A DNA stretch of 64,000 nt from positions 960,001 to 1,024,000 of the forward strand of contig CAWCAG010000005.1 of the NCBI GenBank assembly GCA_963793425.1, given 5' to 3'. Shown here one piece after another: positions 20,027 to 29,744 of the stretch; positions within the stretch are counted from its first letter, which is position 1; every line of letters begins with the position of its first letter. The stretch is from an uncultured cyanobacterium. Its GTDB lineage: Bacteria; Cyanobacteriota; Cyanobacteriia; Cyanobacteriales; CAWCAG01. The position numbers and the translations under genes were made by a program. The notes under the pieces were generated by a model that made no database searches, had not been told where the DNA came from, and was given only the letters and a program-made list of their open reading frames with translations.

Positions 20027-20641
20027 ATGTTAAATAATCTTGATAATGACCCGGTATTTCCACCGGAACAAGTATTACAAAACCGAGGGCGCGTAGCTAT
20101 TTTTATTGATGGCTCTAACTTATTTTATGCAGCACTACAACTAGGTATTGAAATTGACTATACCAAACTGCTCTATAGAATAACCTCTGGTTCTCGGTTG
20201 CTCCGTTCTTTCTTTTATACTGGGGTAGATCGGACTAATGAAAAACAACAAGGATTTCTATTGTGGATGCGTCGCAATGGCTATCGAGTTATTGCCAAAG
20301 ATTTGGTACAGTTACCAGATGGCTCTAAAAAAGCCAACCTAGATGTAGAAATTGCTGTAGATATGATGGCTTTAGTTGGGGCTTATGATACGGCGGTTTT
20401 AGTCAGCGGTGATGGCGATTTAGCCTATGCTGTTGATGCTGTGAGTTATCGCGGTGCTAGGGTAGAAGTGGTAAGTTTGCGTTCTATGACCAGTGACAGC
20501 TTAATTAATGTTGCTGACAGATACATAGACTTAGATGATATTAAAAGCAGCATCCAAAAAAACAGCAAGCACAATGGTAGCTACAGCAGTTTTTCCGGTC
20601 TTGGTATTTTAGATAATCAAGACAAAACTCTTAGGGACTAA
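20027..20641 (+). CDS. NYN domain / LabA-like protein
   Basis: IFIDGSNL, NLDVEIAVD, LVSGDGD motifs. Confidence 0.9.
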   Translation: MLNNLDNDPVFPPEQVLQNRGRVAIFIDGSNLFYAALQLGIEIDYTKLLYRITSGSRLLRSFFYTGVDRTNEKQQGFLLWMRRNGYRVIAKDLVQLPDGSKKANLDVEIAVDMMALVGAYDTAVLVSGDGDLAYAVDAVSYRGARVEVVSLRSMTSDSLINVADRYIDLDDIKSSIQKNSKHNGSYSSFSGLGILDNQDKTLRD

Positions 20642-20814
20642 GTTAACTTAATCGAAACAAACTTAGAGCCTAGGAAATCTGTGCTGTAGAATTTTATTCT
20701 TATTAATAAAAGTAGCAATATTTGCTCTTTCTGACACCACAATAATCTCAGCCTCATCATAGATTTTTCGATTAAGTTATACTTTGCTATTTGGCAAAAT
20801 AAATAGAATCTCAA

Positions 20815-21969
20815 GTGAAACAAACTTTCTTAGTTAGTTGGCTCGCTAAATCTGTTACTTTACTGCTGTTGTTTAGTCTTGCTAGTTGTAAACCAGAAGC
20901 TAAACAGCCAGCAGAAGTAGAACCTGTTGTTGGAAACAACACTTCCGAACCAGAAGATCGTTTAGTTATTAATAATGCCACTTTAGAAGAGGTGGATGAT
21001 AGTGGCAAAACTGTCTGGAAAATGAAGGCAGATAAAACTAGTTATAACGAGGATAATAAACTTGCTTTCTTAGAAAATCCGGCGGGGAATTTATATCAAG
21101 ATGGCAAAATTATCTTGCAGGTAAAAGCGAAAAAAGGTGAAGTTCAAGAAGACGGTAAGATAATTTTTTTAAGGGATAAAATTGAAGCTACTGATATTCG
21201 TAATAACCTTGTGTTTCGCGCAGATGAATTAGAGTGGCGACCAGAAGAAGACCTAGTAATTGTGAGGAAGAATCTTACAGCTAGCCGTCCGAAACAATTA
21301 GAAGTTGTAGCGACCGAGGGACGTTACAAAACTAAAACTCAAGAGTTAGATGTGGTCGGAAAAATTGCGGCTACAAGTTTTCAGGAAGCTTTGAAATTAC
21401 AAACTGAGCATTTGATTTGGCAAATTCCCCAAAAGAAACTTCTTGGGGACAAAAGGATTCAGATAGATCGCTATAAAGAAAAGGTGATTACAGAGCGAGT
21501 GGAAGCAGATAGTTCTCAATTAGATTTGCAAACTATGATCATAATTTTGACCAATAATGTTGAATTAAAATCTCTTTCTCCTCCTCTACAAGTTGCTTCT
21601 AATAATGCTATCTGGAACACAAAAGCACAAACGGTTATTTCTAATCAACCAATACAAGTTATTCATGAAACAGAACAAACAACTGTTACAGGGAACGAAG
21701 GCAAAATAGACTTAAAAGACGAAGTTGTCCGTTTGACTAATGGTGTCACAGGAACTAGTTCCCGCAATCAATCTAAGCTAGATGCCAATCAATTTTTTTG
21801 GGATATTCCTACTCAAAAAATTGAGGCCCAAGGTAATGTAGTTTATCAACGAACTAACCCTCCTGTGAAGACCAAAGGTGTCAAAGCAGTAGGACAACTT
21901 AATAGGGATAATGTCGTAGTTACAGGGGGAAATACCAAGGAAAGGGTGGTAACAGAGATTATTCCTTAA
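20815..21969 (+). CDS. lptC: LPS export periplasmic protein LptC (cyanobacterial long form)
   Basis: Lipobox LASC, beta-jellyroll-like repeats, conserved position after metG-NYN. Confidence 0.8.
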   Translation: MKQTFLVSWLAKSVTLLLLFSLASCKPEAKQPAEVEPVVGNNTSEPEDRLVINNATLEEVDDSGKTVWKMKADKTSYNEDNKLAFLENPAGNLYQDGKIILQVKAKKGEVQEDGKIIFLRDKIEATDIRNNLVFRADELEWRPEEDLVIVRKNLTASRPKQLEVVATEGRYKTKTQELDVVGKIAATSFQEALKLQTEHLIWQIPQKKLLGDKRIQIDRYKEKVITERVEADSSQLDLQTMIIILTNNVELKSLSPPLQVASNNAIWNTKAQTVISNQPIQVIHETEQTTVTGNEGKIDLKDEVVRLTNGVTGTSSRNQSKLDANQFFWDIPTQKIEAQGNVVYQRTNPPVKTKGVKAVGQLNRDNVVVTGGNTKERVVTEIIP

Positions 21970-21987
21970 ATGGAGTTTGTTATTAAA

Positions 21988-23337
21988 TTAAAATAAAAAG
22001 CAAATAGCAATATACAATGCTGCAACTACAAGCTGCACAATCATTACAGGGATACCATATTTGATAAATTTACCAAAAGAAATACGACTACCGTGAAGCT
22101 CTGCTACCCCTGCTGCAACAATATTTGAAGATGCTCCCATCAAAGTACCGTTACCTCCCAATGTTGCCCCAAACATCATGGCATAGAACAAAGGCAAAAC
22201 TTCTGGAGGTAGTTGTCCTGTAAAGTCAGGGTTTAATACTTCAGCCCCCACTAAACCGACATTAACCAGATATTGCTTAAGCAAAGGAACCATTGCCACC
22301 ACTAAAGGAATATTCGGCACAATACTAGATAATAGACCTACCAAGACTAGTAAAACAAGAGAACCCAGAGCAATATTTTCACCTAAGATTACGGCTAATA
22401 AGGCTGAAATACTATCTAATATTCCTGTCTTTTCTAATCCGCCAATCAGGACAAAAGTTGACATAAAAAACAATAAAGTACTCCAGTCAACGTCCTTGAG
22501 TATATTGTTGACTGAATCGATTTTACTAAGATCGGCTAAGACTAAAGCTATGGCCGCCCCCAACAAAGCAACCGCAGCCGGTGAGATTGGCGTAGGTAAA
22601 GATTCACCGATGGCAAAAAAGGTTAGCACGACGATCATCAATAGTCCTCCTAACATCAGTACTCCGGGGTGATTGATTTTGGGATGGGGTAGGGTGTTTG
22701 TGTCTGCCAATTTCTTATGCCAGATACTACGAAACAACCAGGGAGCCATAATTAAAATTGAGCCAACAGCGATCGCCCCGCCCAAACTTAGCTTCATCAA
22801 ATAGTCATTGAAGCTTAAGTTAACCGCATCTCCTACAATGAAAGTAGCAGGATCGCCTACTAAGGTTAACAACCCTGCACTGTTTGCTACGAATACCATC
22901 AAAATTAGCAACGGTACAAAATCTACGCCAATTTCTTGGGCAATCGGTGGAATTAGAGGAGCTAGGAGCATAACGGTGGTAGCATTGGGTAGCACCGCGC
23001 AGATTGGAGTAGTAATAGCAATTACCCCCAGTACCAAGCGTTTCCCCTCTCCTTTGGCTAGTACTACCATCTGGGTAGCTAAATAGGCAAAGATATTAGT
23101 CGGCTCAAAAGCTCTAACTAAAATCATTACGCCTAAAAATAAAGCTAGGGTAGAATAACTCTGGCTGATATAGCCAATGGCTTGATTGAGAGTCATCACG
23201 TGAGCGAAAACTAAAACTAACGCTCCCAAAAACGCAGCTACAGTTAAATGTAATTGTTCCGTTAAGATGACTACAGTTACTACTGCAAAAGTAATGGCTG
23301 CTACTATGGCTGGTAAACTCGTAGGGGTTATCTCCAT
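21988..23337 (-). CDS. ArsB/NhaD (P-permease/SLC13-like) ion transporter
   Basis: About 12 TM helices; LPNATTV, GDPATFI, VDWSTLLFF, GGNGTLMGASSNIVA. Confidence 0.85.
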   Translation of the reverse strand: MEITPTSLPAIVAAITFAVVTVVILTEQLHLTVAAFLGALVLVFAHVMTLNQAIGYISQSYSTLALFLGVMILVRAFEPTNIFAYLATQMVVLAKGEGKRLVLGVIAITTPICAVLPNATTVMLLAPLIPPIAQEIGVDFVPLLILMVFVANSAGLLTLVGDPATFIVGDAVNLSFNDYLMKLSLGGAIAVGSILIMAPWLFRSIWHKKLADTNTLPHPKINHPGVLMLGGLLMIVVLTFFAIGESLPTPISPAAVALLGAAIALVLADLSKIDSVNNILKDVDWSTLLFFMSTFVLIGGLEKTGILDSISALLAVILGENIALGSLVLLVLVGLLSSIVPNIPLVVAMVPLLKQYLVNVGLVGAEVLNPDFTGQLPPEVLPLFYAMMFGATLGGNGTLMGASSNIVAAGVAELHGSRISFGKFIKYGIPVMIVQLVVAALYIAICFLF

Positions 23338-23486
23338 AATTATTCCTAATTGAATGAATGGTGGTGCTAAAAAAAAGGCAGTCAGATGCAGTACTGGCTG
23401 TCTTAAGGGATGTTTTGAACTATTCTTATCAGAGACATTTACTGTTATTCACAGTAAGTATTAAAAAAGCTACGATTGGGTTTGAA

Positions 23487-23524
23487 GCAACCAGCTTAGC
23501 TTGTCTTGTTTTCAAGCTGGTTGC
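23487..23524 (-). terminator. Hairpin spanning the stop codon of the small riboswitch-proximal ORF
   Basis: Perfect 11-bp arms gcaaccagctt / aagctggttgc. Confidence 0.4.
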
Positions 23525-23730
23525 AGCAACTGAGGGCAACTGAGGCAGACAAAACGCCATTCGCTTCTTGTTTCTTTGATGGCAGGTTTAAAATAATGTC
23601 CTTCTGAAGGTTTGACTTTGAGAGTAGTAAAAGTAAAATAGGTATAGTCGCCAACTCGACATCCATAACCAACTATTGTGCCGACTGTTCCTGTGGTTTT
23701 ATGTTGAACAATATCTCCACCTTTAAATAT
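23512..23730 (-). CDS. Unannotated small protein, about 72 aa, with ATA/ATT in place of a start codon
   Basis: AAGGAG SD at 23741-23746 (minus), then IFKGGDIVQHKTTGTVGTIVGYGCRVGDYTYFTFTTLKVKPSEG...QPA*; SH3/KOW-like F..GD.V.H...G..G.I.GYG pattern. Confidence 0.55.
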   Translation of the reverse strand: MFKGGDIVQHKTTGTVGTIVGYGCRVGDYTYFTFTTLKVKPSEGHYFKPAIKETRSEWRFVCLSCPQLLQPA

Positions 23731-23889
23731 AATCTAAAGTCTCCTTGGTAACTGGTTGCAGGACAGCGATCGCTGATTGAAAATTTTTGTTTCAAATCAG
23801 CAAAAGTAATCCTGCTATAGGTGTAGAGAGCAGTTAGTAACTAAGGATAGTGATGAAAACAATACTAAAAATCTCAGTATTGCTTCTTC

Positions 23890-24020
23890 AATCTCCTCTC
23901 AATGCCGACGAGGTTAGCTGACGGGCTAGGACTGAGAGATGTCCCTTTCTATTTTACCTAGAAATAAGCCCCTAAATCGGTTCCCCCGCTTCTGTGTTTA
24001 ATCACAAAACTAGGCTGACT
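23890..24020 (-). promoter_or_regulatory. Cyclic di-AMP (ydaO/yuaA) riboswitch
   Basis: Minus strand GCGGGGGAACC...GGGGCTTA...AGGGACATCTCTCAGTCCTAGCCCGTCAGCTAACCTCGTCGGCA; TATAAT at 24049-24054 (minus). Confidence 0.88.
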
Positions 24021-24130
24021 GGTACTCTATTTTTATTTGTGCTAAGGAATTATACATCAATATTGTCAAAATTGACAATTACATAAAAGCTTGAACCGAA
24101 GATGAAATTATCAGGAAGCAGAACCCGCCC

Positions 24131-25429
24131 CTATCTTAAATTCCGTTGAGGATTACCGAGAAACTCTTCTCCACTAGCAACAGAAGGGTCAGGAATGGGG
24201 GCTGTTCCCCAGTTTTGAGCTAATTTTTGTAATAGCCAATCTTGTTGGTCACGGAAGGCGATAGGACCGATGTTGCCGTTGTTGATAATTGCGAAAGCAA
24301 CCATACCGCGATCGCGAGTAGGAAATATCCCGGCTAAAGCGCTAACTTGATTGAGAGTTCCGGTTTTAAAAGCCGTACCGGTGGGAATCTCGCGACCAAT
24401 CACTGTTCCCAACTTATCTCTTCCTGCCACAGGAAAAAGATCAAAAATAGTTAAAGGTTGTGGTTCTAACTTCTCTTCAATAGCTAACAACATGGCACAG
24501 ACAGCACGGGGAGAAATACGATTGTCTACCCCTAAACCGGAACCATTAATTAATTGAATTTCTTTTTGGGGTACATTAGCCAACTCTGCTGCTAATTGGG
24601 CTACTTCTTCTGCACCCCCCACAGATTCTGCTAAAACCTCAGCCATAGCATTATTGCTATAAATATTCATCTGTTTAAGAATTTGTGCCAAACTCACAGA
24701 TTGGTGACGTAACAACAAGTTTGCCAAGCTACTTTGTTCTACTTCAGCTAAGCTTTCTTGAATTACTACATTCCCGGCAATTTTTAAATTAGGGCGTTTG
24801 CTTCCTACAGGCATTAAAGAATAAGAATAAGTAGCATCTCGATTCCAACTAGCTTCATCAAAAGCAACTTTAAGAGATTCACCTCCAATTTGAGGATTGG
24901 GGTAATAATTCATATAAAAATCTCCCACAATCACTAAATTCCCTGCTACTTCGCGAATACCCATCTCATTTAAGACATTTCCTAGGGCGATCGCTTCTTC
25001 CCAAACAAAGAAAGGATCACCCCCTCCTTCAATAATCAGATCCCCTTGTAAAACCCCATTCTCAATTTCTCCGATGGTATGAATCAGGGTTTCAAATTGA
25101 TATTCATGGCCCCATTTATGCAAAGCGGCTAAAGTTGTCGCAATTTTGGTTAAAGAAGCTGCCGAAAGAGGAATAGTACCTTGGCGATCTAAAAGTAACT
25201 TCCACCCAGACTCCATCCAAACACCTTGGCTATTCGGATTAGCACCCCTTTCAGTTAAAGTTTTCAGGTACTGTTCAAGATTTTGCTCTGCTTGAGGATC
25301 TGGATCTGTCAAAGAAAACAAATCTGCTTCTTGCCAAGCAAGCAATCGGGCAGTTTCCATCTGTGCTGGCTCTTGACCCAAAATATTCATCAAAAAACTG
25401 ATTAAACTAGCTCCGACTACTTCTAGCAC
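24131..25429 (-). CDS. dacB: D-alanyl-D-alanine carboxypeptidase/endopeptidase (peptidase S13, PBP4)
   Basis: SLTK (SxxK), SNN (SxN), KTG motifs; GGGDP; NGSGL. Confidence 0.88.
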   Translation of the reverse strand: MLEVVGASLISFLMNILGQEPAQMETARLLAWQEADLFSLTDPDPQAEQNLEQYLKTLTERGANPNSQGVWMESGWKLLLDRQGTIPLSAASLTKIATTLAALHKWGHEYQFETLIHTIGEIENGVLQGDLIIEGGGDPFFVWEEAIALGNVLNEMGIREVAGNLVIVGDFYMNYYPNPQIGGESLKVAFDEASWNRDATYSYSLMPVGSKRPNLKIAGNVVIQESLAEVEQSSLANLLLRHQSVSLAQILKQMNIYSNNAMAEVLAESVGGAEEVAQLAAELANVPQKEIQLINGSGLGVDNRISPRAVCAMLLAIEEKLEPQPLTIFDLFPVAGRDKLGTVIGREIPTGTAFKTGTLNQVSALAGIFPTRDRGMVAFAIINNGNIGPIAFRDQQDWLLQKLAQNWGTAPIPDPSVASGEEFLGNPQRNLR

Positions 25430-25591
25430 TCTTAATTTCCTCCCAACTAGAGTTAACTTTATACAGGTTTTTGTTCTTTTGGAACAGTCTCTAGGTTATG
25501 GTTTACCTATCCATAAGTCCTAATCCGTAATTAATCATTGTCTGGTTCATTAATTATTCACGACTTGGCTAGAATCCAAGGAAGTTTTTGA

Positions 25592-25650
25592 TGTTTAATG
25601 TTCAATGTAGCCTACGGCAAGGCTTACGCCAACAATGTTTAATGTTCAAG
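25592..25650. repeat. TGTTYAA STRR tract interrupted by a 23-nt double-hairpin element
   Basis: agcctacggcaaggcttacgcca at 25609-25631, the reverse complement of the element family at 8963. Confidence 0.75.
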
Positions 25651-25693
25651 GGCTTGGTGTTAAAATCTTTAAGGTTTATATCAATTTGATTCA

Positions 25694-26755
25694 ATGGGAT
25701 CGACTCGCGCAAGAATTGCAGTAGACGCTATGGGGGGGGACTACGCCCCCGACGAAATTGTTGCTGGCGCTCTCAGGGCAGCAGAAGAGTTAGATGTGGA
25801 CATTATTTTGGTTGGCGAACCAGAACTTATTCAAGCATCTATAGAGCAACATACCAACTCCAGCCCTCTGGAGATTGTACCTGCTGAGGGGGCGATCGCT
25901 ATGCACGAAGAAGCTTTAGTTGGGGTTCGCCGCAAGCCAAAAGCTTCCATTAACGTGGCCATGAAGTTGGTGAAGCAAAAACAAGCTGATGCTGTCGTCT
26001 CGGCGGGGCATTCTGGGGCTGCTATGGCTTCTGCTTTGCTACGCTTAGGCAGAATAAAAGGCATTGATCGTCCGGCGATCGGGGCTTTATTCCCTACTCT
26101 CAGGGCTGATAAATCTGTGATTGTTTTAGATGTTGGGGCCAATGTTGACTGTCGCCCTAAATACCTAGAACAGTTCGCTCTGATGGGAACAGTTTATAGC
26201 CAGTATGTGATGGGCGTAACCGAACCGAAAGTTGGGTTGCTCAATATTGGTGAAGAACCTTCTAAGGGTAACGATTTAGCTTTACGGAGTTATGAATTAT
26301 TAGAAAAAAATCCCCACGTTCGTTTTGTGGGTAATGCCGAAGGGAGGGATGTTCTTTCTGGGGAGTTTGACGTTATTGTTTGCGATGGCTTTGCGGGCAA
26401 CGTCTTACTCAAATTTGCTGAAGCAGTAGGAGATATTGTCCTGCAAATTCTTAAAGAAGAATTACCCCAAGGAGTTAGAGGACAAATAGGGGCAGCTTTA
26501 TTAAAGCCAAATCTGAAAAGAATTAAGCAACGTATTGATCATGCAGAACACGGCGGAGGCTTACTTTTAGGGGTAGCGGGGATTTGTATTATCAGCCACG
26601 GTAGTTCCCAAGCCCCAACCATTTTCAACGCCATTCGTTTAGCCCAAGAAGCCATTGACAACGGAGTTTTAGAGCAAATCAAATCATCTCAAGAAAGAAT
26701 TGTGGGAAACAGTAAAGTCAAGTCAAAAACGGCTTCAAAAAATCAGCCATCATAG
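25694..26755 (+). CDS. plsX: Phosphate acyltransferase PlsX
   Basis: IAVDAMGGDYAP, LDVGANVD, NIGEE, VCDGFAGN, SHGSS. Confidence 0.97.
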   Translation: MGSTRARIAVDAMGGDYAPDEIVAGALRAAEELDVDIILVGEPELIQASIEQHTNSSPLEIVPAEGAIAMHEEALVGVRRKPKASINVAMKLVKQKQADAVVSAGHSGAAMASALLRLGRIKGIDRPAIGALFPTLRADKSVIVLDVGANVDCRPKYLEQFALMGTVYSQYVMGVTEPKVGLLNIGEEPSKGNDLALRSYELLEKNPHVRFVGNAEGRDVLSGEFDVIVCDGFAGNVLLKFAEAVGDIVLQILKEELPQGVRGQIGAALLKPNLKRIKQRIDHAEHGGGLLLGVAGICIISHGSSQAPTIFNAIRLAQEAIDNGVLEQIKSSQERIVGNSKVKSKTASKNQPS

Positions 26756-26813
26756 GGAATTTTAAAGCTAAGATTTTGAATTTTCTATAGCCAGAAATCG
26801 CAGGAGAAAAGTT

Positions 26814-27824
26814 TTGAAACAATTTGGGGCAGGCATCAAAATAATCGGTAGCGGCTCTGCGGCTCCTCTAACAGCCTTGGACAATGAAGAACTCTCTCAG
26901 ATGGTGGAAACCTCTGATGAGTGGATTAGAAGTCGTACAGGCATTGCTCAGCGCTGTTTAGCAACTCCTGAAGAGTCTCTAAGTTCCATCGCTGCCAAAG
27001 CTGCAAATCAAGCTTTAAACATGGCAGGTATTGAAGCAAAAAAGCTTGACTTGATTATTTTAGCCACATCAAGTCCTGATGATTTATTTGGTAGCGCCTG
27101 TGAAATTCAAACTCAAATTGGTGCGACTAAAGCTGTTGCTTTTGATTTAACGGCGGCTTGCTCTGGATTTATTTTCGCCTTAATTACAGCCTCACAATTT
27201 ATTCGTACCGGAGTTTACCAAAATATTCTCGTGATTGGTGCTGATATTCTCTCACGATGGGTAGATTGGTCAGATCGCAGTACTTGTATCCTTTTTGGTG
27301 ATGGGGCTGGGGCTGTGGTGATACAAGGAAATACAGAAGCAGATGATTTACTTGGCTTTGAAATGCGTAGTGATGGCAGCCAAAATTACACCTTAAAACT
27401 AGGTTATCAAGGAACTCCTCAAACTTTAAATGAGCGAGTCTCTGTGGCACAAGGAGGCTATCAACCTATTACCATGAATGGTCGCGAAGTCTATCGTTTT
27501 GCGGTCGAAAAAGTACCGGAGGTTATTAGTAAAGCTCTGTTTAAAGCTAATTTGGAAGCAGCGCAAGTAGACTGGCTTTTATTGCACCAAGCTAACCAAA
27601 GAATTCTCAATGCAGTAGCAAAACGTTTAAAGATTAAACCAGAAAAAGTGATTAGTAATCTCGCTAATTATGGTAATACTTCCGCCGCTTCTATTCCCCT
27701 AGCTTTGGATGAAGCTGTGCGGGAAGGCAAAATTAAATCAGGAGATGTTATTGCTGCTTCTGGTTTCGGTGCAGGATTGACTTGGGGGGCGGCGATTTTT
27801 AAGTGGGGTGGGGTGTTTAAGTAA
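26814..27824 (+). CDS. fabH: 3-oxoacyl-ACP synthase III
   Basis: AACSGF, FGDGAGA, HQAN, YGNTSAAS, GFGAGLTWG. Confidence 0.97.
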   Translation: MKQFGAGIKIIGSGSAAPLTALDNEELSQMVETSDEWIRSRTGIAQRCLATPEESLSSIAAKAANQALNMAGIEAKKLDLIILATSSPDDLFGSACEIQTQIGATKAVAFDLTAACSGFIFALITASQFIRTGVYQNILVIGADILSRWVDWSDRSTCILFGDGAGAVVIQGNTEADDLLGFEMRSDGSQNYTLKLGYQGTPQTLNERVSVAQGGYQPITMNGREVYRFAVEKVPEVISKALFKANLEAAQVDWLLLHQANQRILNAVAKRLKIKPEKVISNLANYGNTSAASIPLALDEAVREGKIKSGDVIAASGFGAGLTWGAAIFKWGGVFK

Positions 27825-27851
27825 TAGGTAATAGGTAATAGGTGGAGATTT

Positions 27852-28478
27852 TTGCTACTTACTGAACGTCAGGCAAATAGAGTAGTTTTATATGATATTA
27901 GCTGGCAACAGTTTAATCATATAATTGATAACTTGGGGGAAAGTCGTGGCGCGAGAGTGGCTTATGACCGAGGGGTTTTGGAAATAATGAATCCTTTGCC
28001 GGAACATGAATATTATAAAGAAGTATTTAGTGAAGCGATTAAAGAAACGAGTAAGGTTTTAGACATCAATTATGAAAGTTTGGGTTCTACTACCTGGAGA
28101 AAAGAAAGTAGCTTAGCAGGGGTGGAAGCAGATAATTGTTTTTATTTCCAAAACGAAGCTTTAGTTAGGGGAAAATTAGAATTTGACCTGGATGAAGATC
28201 CTCCCCCTGATTTGGTTTTGGAAATTGATTTAACAAGCAAGTCTTTAAGCCGCTTTCCTATTTATGCTCGTTTAGGAGTGCCAGAAATTTGGTGTTACAA
28301 CATAGGAAATTTGTTGGTTTATCAACTAAAAGATCAAGAGTATATTGAAGTAGAAATAAGCTCTGTTTTCCCTATGTTAAAAGTACAGGATTTACCAGCA
28401 ATTATCGAAGAAAATCGTTCAGCAGGAAGAAGAGCAATTCATCGAGCTGTGAGGGAATGGGCAAGTAGGAATACATAG
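27852..28478 (+). CDS. Uma2 family (PD-(D/E)XK) putative endonuclease
   Basis: ISWQQF...YDRGVLEIMNPLPEHE, EADNCFY, PPDLVLEID, YARLGVPEIW. Confidence 0.92.
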   Translation: MLLTERQANRVVLYDISWQQFNHIIDNLGESRGARVAYDRGVLEIMNPLPEHEYYKEVFSEAIKETSKVLDINYESLGSTTWRKESSLAGVEADNCFYFQNEALVRGKLEFDLDEDPPPDLVLEIDLTSKSLSRFPIYARLGVPEIWCYNIGNLLVYQLKDQEYIEVEISSVFPMLKVQDLPAIIEENRSAGRRAIHRAVREWASRNT

Positions 28479-29019
28479 CTTAGAGGGGATGATGGCATTC
28501 TTATGCTATTTAAACAGGATTTGGTATGACTGAGAGCGAATAGCTTGATATTAATAACCGGATTTGGTATTGCAAGAATAGGTTTTTAACATTTCCCTTA
28601 CCTGAAAAAGCCGTATTTGTCAAAAAAACTTTGAAAATCCCCTCAAAATTTGTGCAGCCAAGGACTTGAGCTAGCTATGATTTTGAGGTAAAACAGTGGC
28701 TTAATTAACGATTTATCTAAGTTGTAGAGATTGAAGCTTAATTTTAGACATAAGTATAGAAGCATTATTTTTTAATTTTTCTATTAAACCACACAAATGC
28801 GTTGTTTGGGAAGTTTTTTTGGGCTTGACAAATTTTAAATTGAAGTTATGTAAATTCAAAAGATTTAATAGCAAACTGTATTTACTCAAACTATTACTTA
28901 TCTTATTGCCTTGCTTCGATTGCACATCAAACCTCTTTATTTTTGTACCTAATAATTCCTGGATTGACCCTCACTCTTTTTTCTTGCTAGGATTAGATTC
29001 TAGATGGAGAAATTTTTGT

Positions 29020-29607
29020 TTGAAGTTAATTCTTGTAGCCCCTAGCTCAACTCTCTACGCAGCATTTCAGGAATTTTTTACTCATTTACCTCACGTTGAG
29101 ATAATCAACAATTATTTTGAGTGGATAGCAGAATTTGATTGTTTAGTTAGCCCTGCAAACTCCTTTGGCATTATGGATGGTGGTATTGATGCTGCCATAA
29201 TTAAGTTCTTCGGACGTTCCTTAGAAGAAAGAGTTCAACAAAGAATTCTCAAAGATTATCTAGGGGAACAACCCGTTGGCACATCATTCATCGTTGAAAC
29301 AGAACATCCTAAGCACCCTTTTTTAGCTCATACTCCAACTATGCGAGTTCCCATGAGTATTAAGGGTACAGATATCCCTTATGTAGCAATGTGGGCAATG
29401 CTCTTGGCTGTGCGACAACACAACAAAAATTCTCAGCAGTTGATTCAGACGGTTGTCTGTCCTGGATTAGGGACAGGAATTGGTCAAGTTCCTTATTCTG
29501 AAGCTGCTCGACAAATGGCATTAGCTTATGATAACTTTCTCTATCCTCCCAAGTTTATTAATTGCTTCGTTGCGGCATCAAGACAGCTTCAAATTTGGGA
29601 AGGATGA
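29020..29607 (+). CDS. Macro domain (ADP-ribose binding/hydrolase) protein
   Basis: SPANSFGIMDGGID, HTPTMRVP, PGLGTGIG; start moved to TTG 29020 behind GGAGA (ORF-track extension to 28819 looks spurious). Confidence 0.85.
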   Translation: MKLILVAPSSTLYAAFQEFFTHLPHVEIINNYFEWIAEFDCLVSPANSFGIMDGGIDAAIIKFFGRSLEERVQQRILKDYLGEQPVGTSFIVETEHPKHPFLAHTPTMRVPMSIKGTDIPYVAMWAMLLAVRQHNKNSQQLIQTVVCPGLGTGIGQVPYSEAARQMALAYDNFLYPPKFINCFVAASRQLQIWEG

Positions 29608-29744
29608 GATTGCCCATCAAGCATCAAACAGCAGCAAACCATAGCAATGTTCCACAAACATTGAAACTTCAAAGTTACCTCGTTGTAAAATCCAGTCATA
29701 AACAAGGATTCCGGTCAATCTGAGATTTTGAGGAATGTTCAAAT

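Noticed and set aside
23358..23543. 61-aa plus-strand ORF
   Set aside because: Opposes the riboswitch-ORF-transporter transcription direction; no recognisable features
28517..28570. Possible degenerate CRISPR or att site (GGATTTGGTAT twice)
   Set aside because: Only two 11-bp copies; no integrase or cas gene in the window
28713..29019. 70-aa minus ORF and the N-terminal extension of the macrodomain ORF
   Set aside because: AT-rich low-complexity sequence; the SD and family-like N-terminus point to a start at 29020
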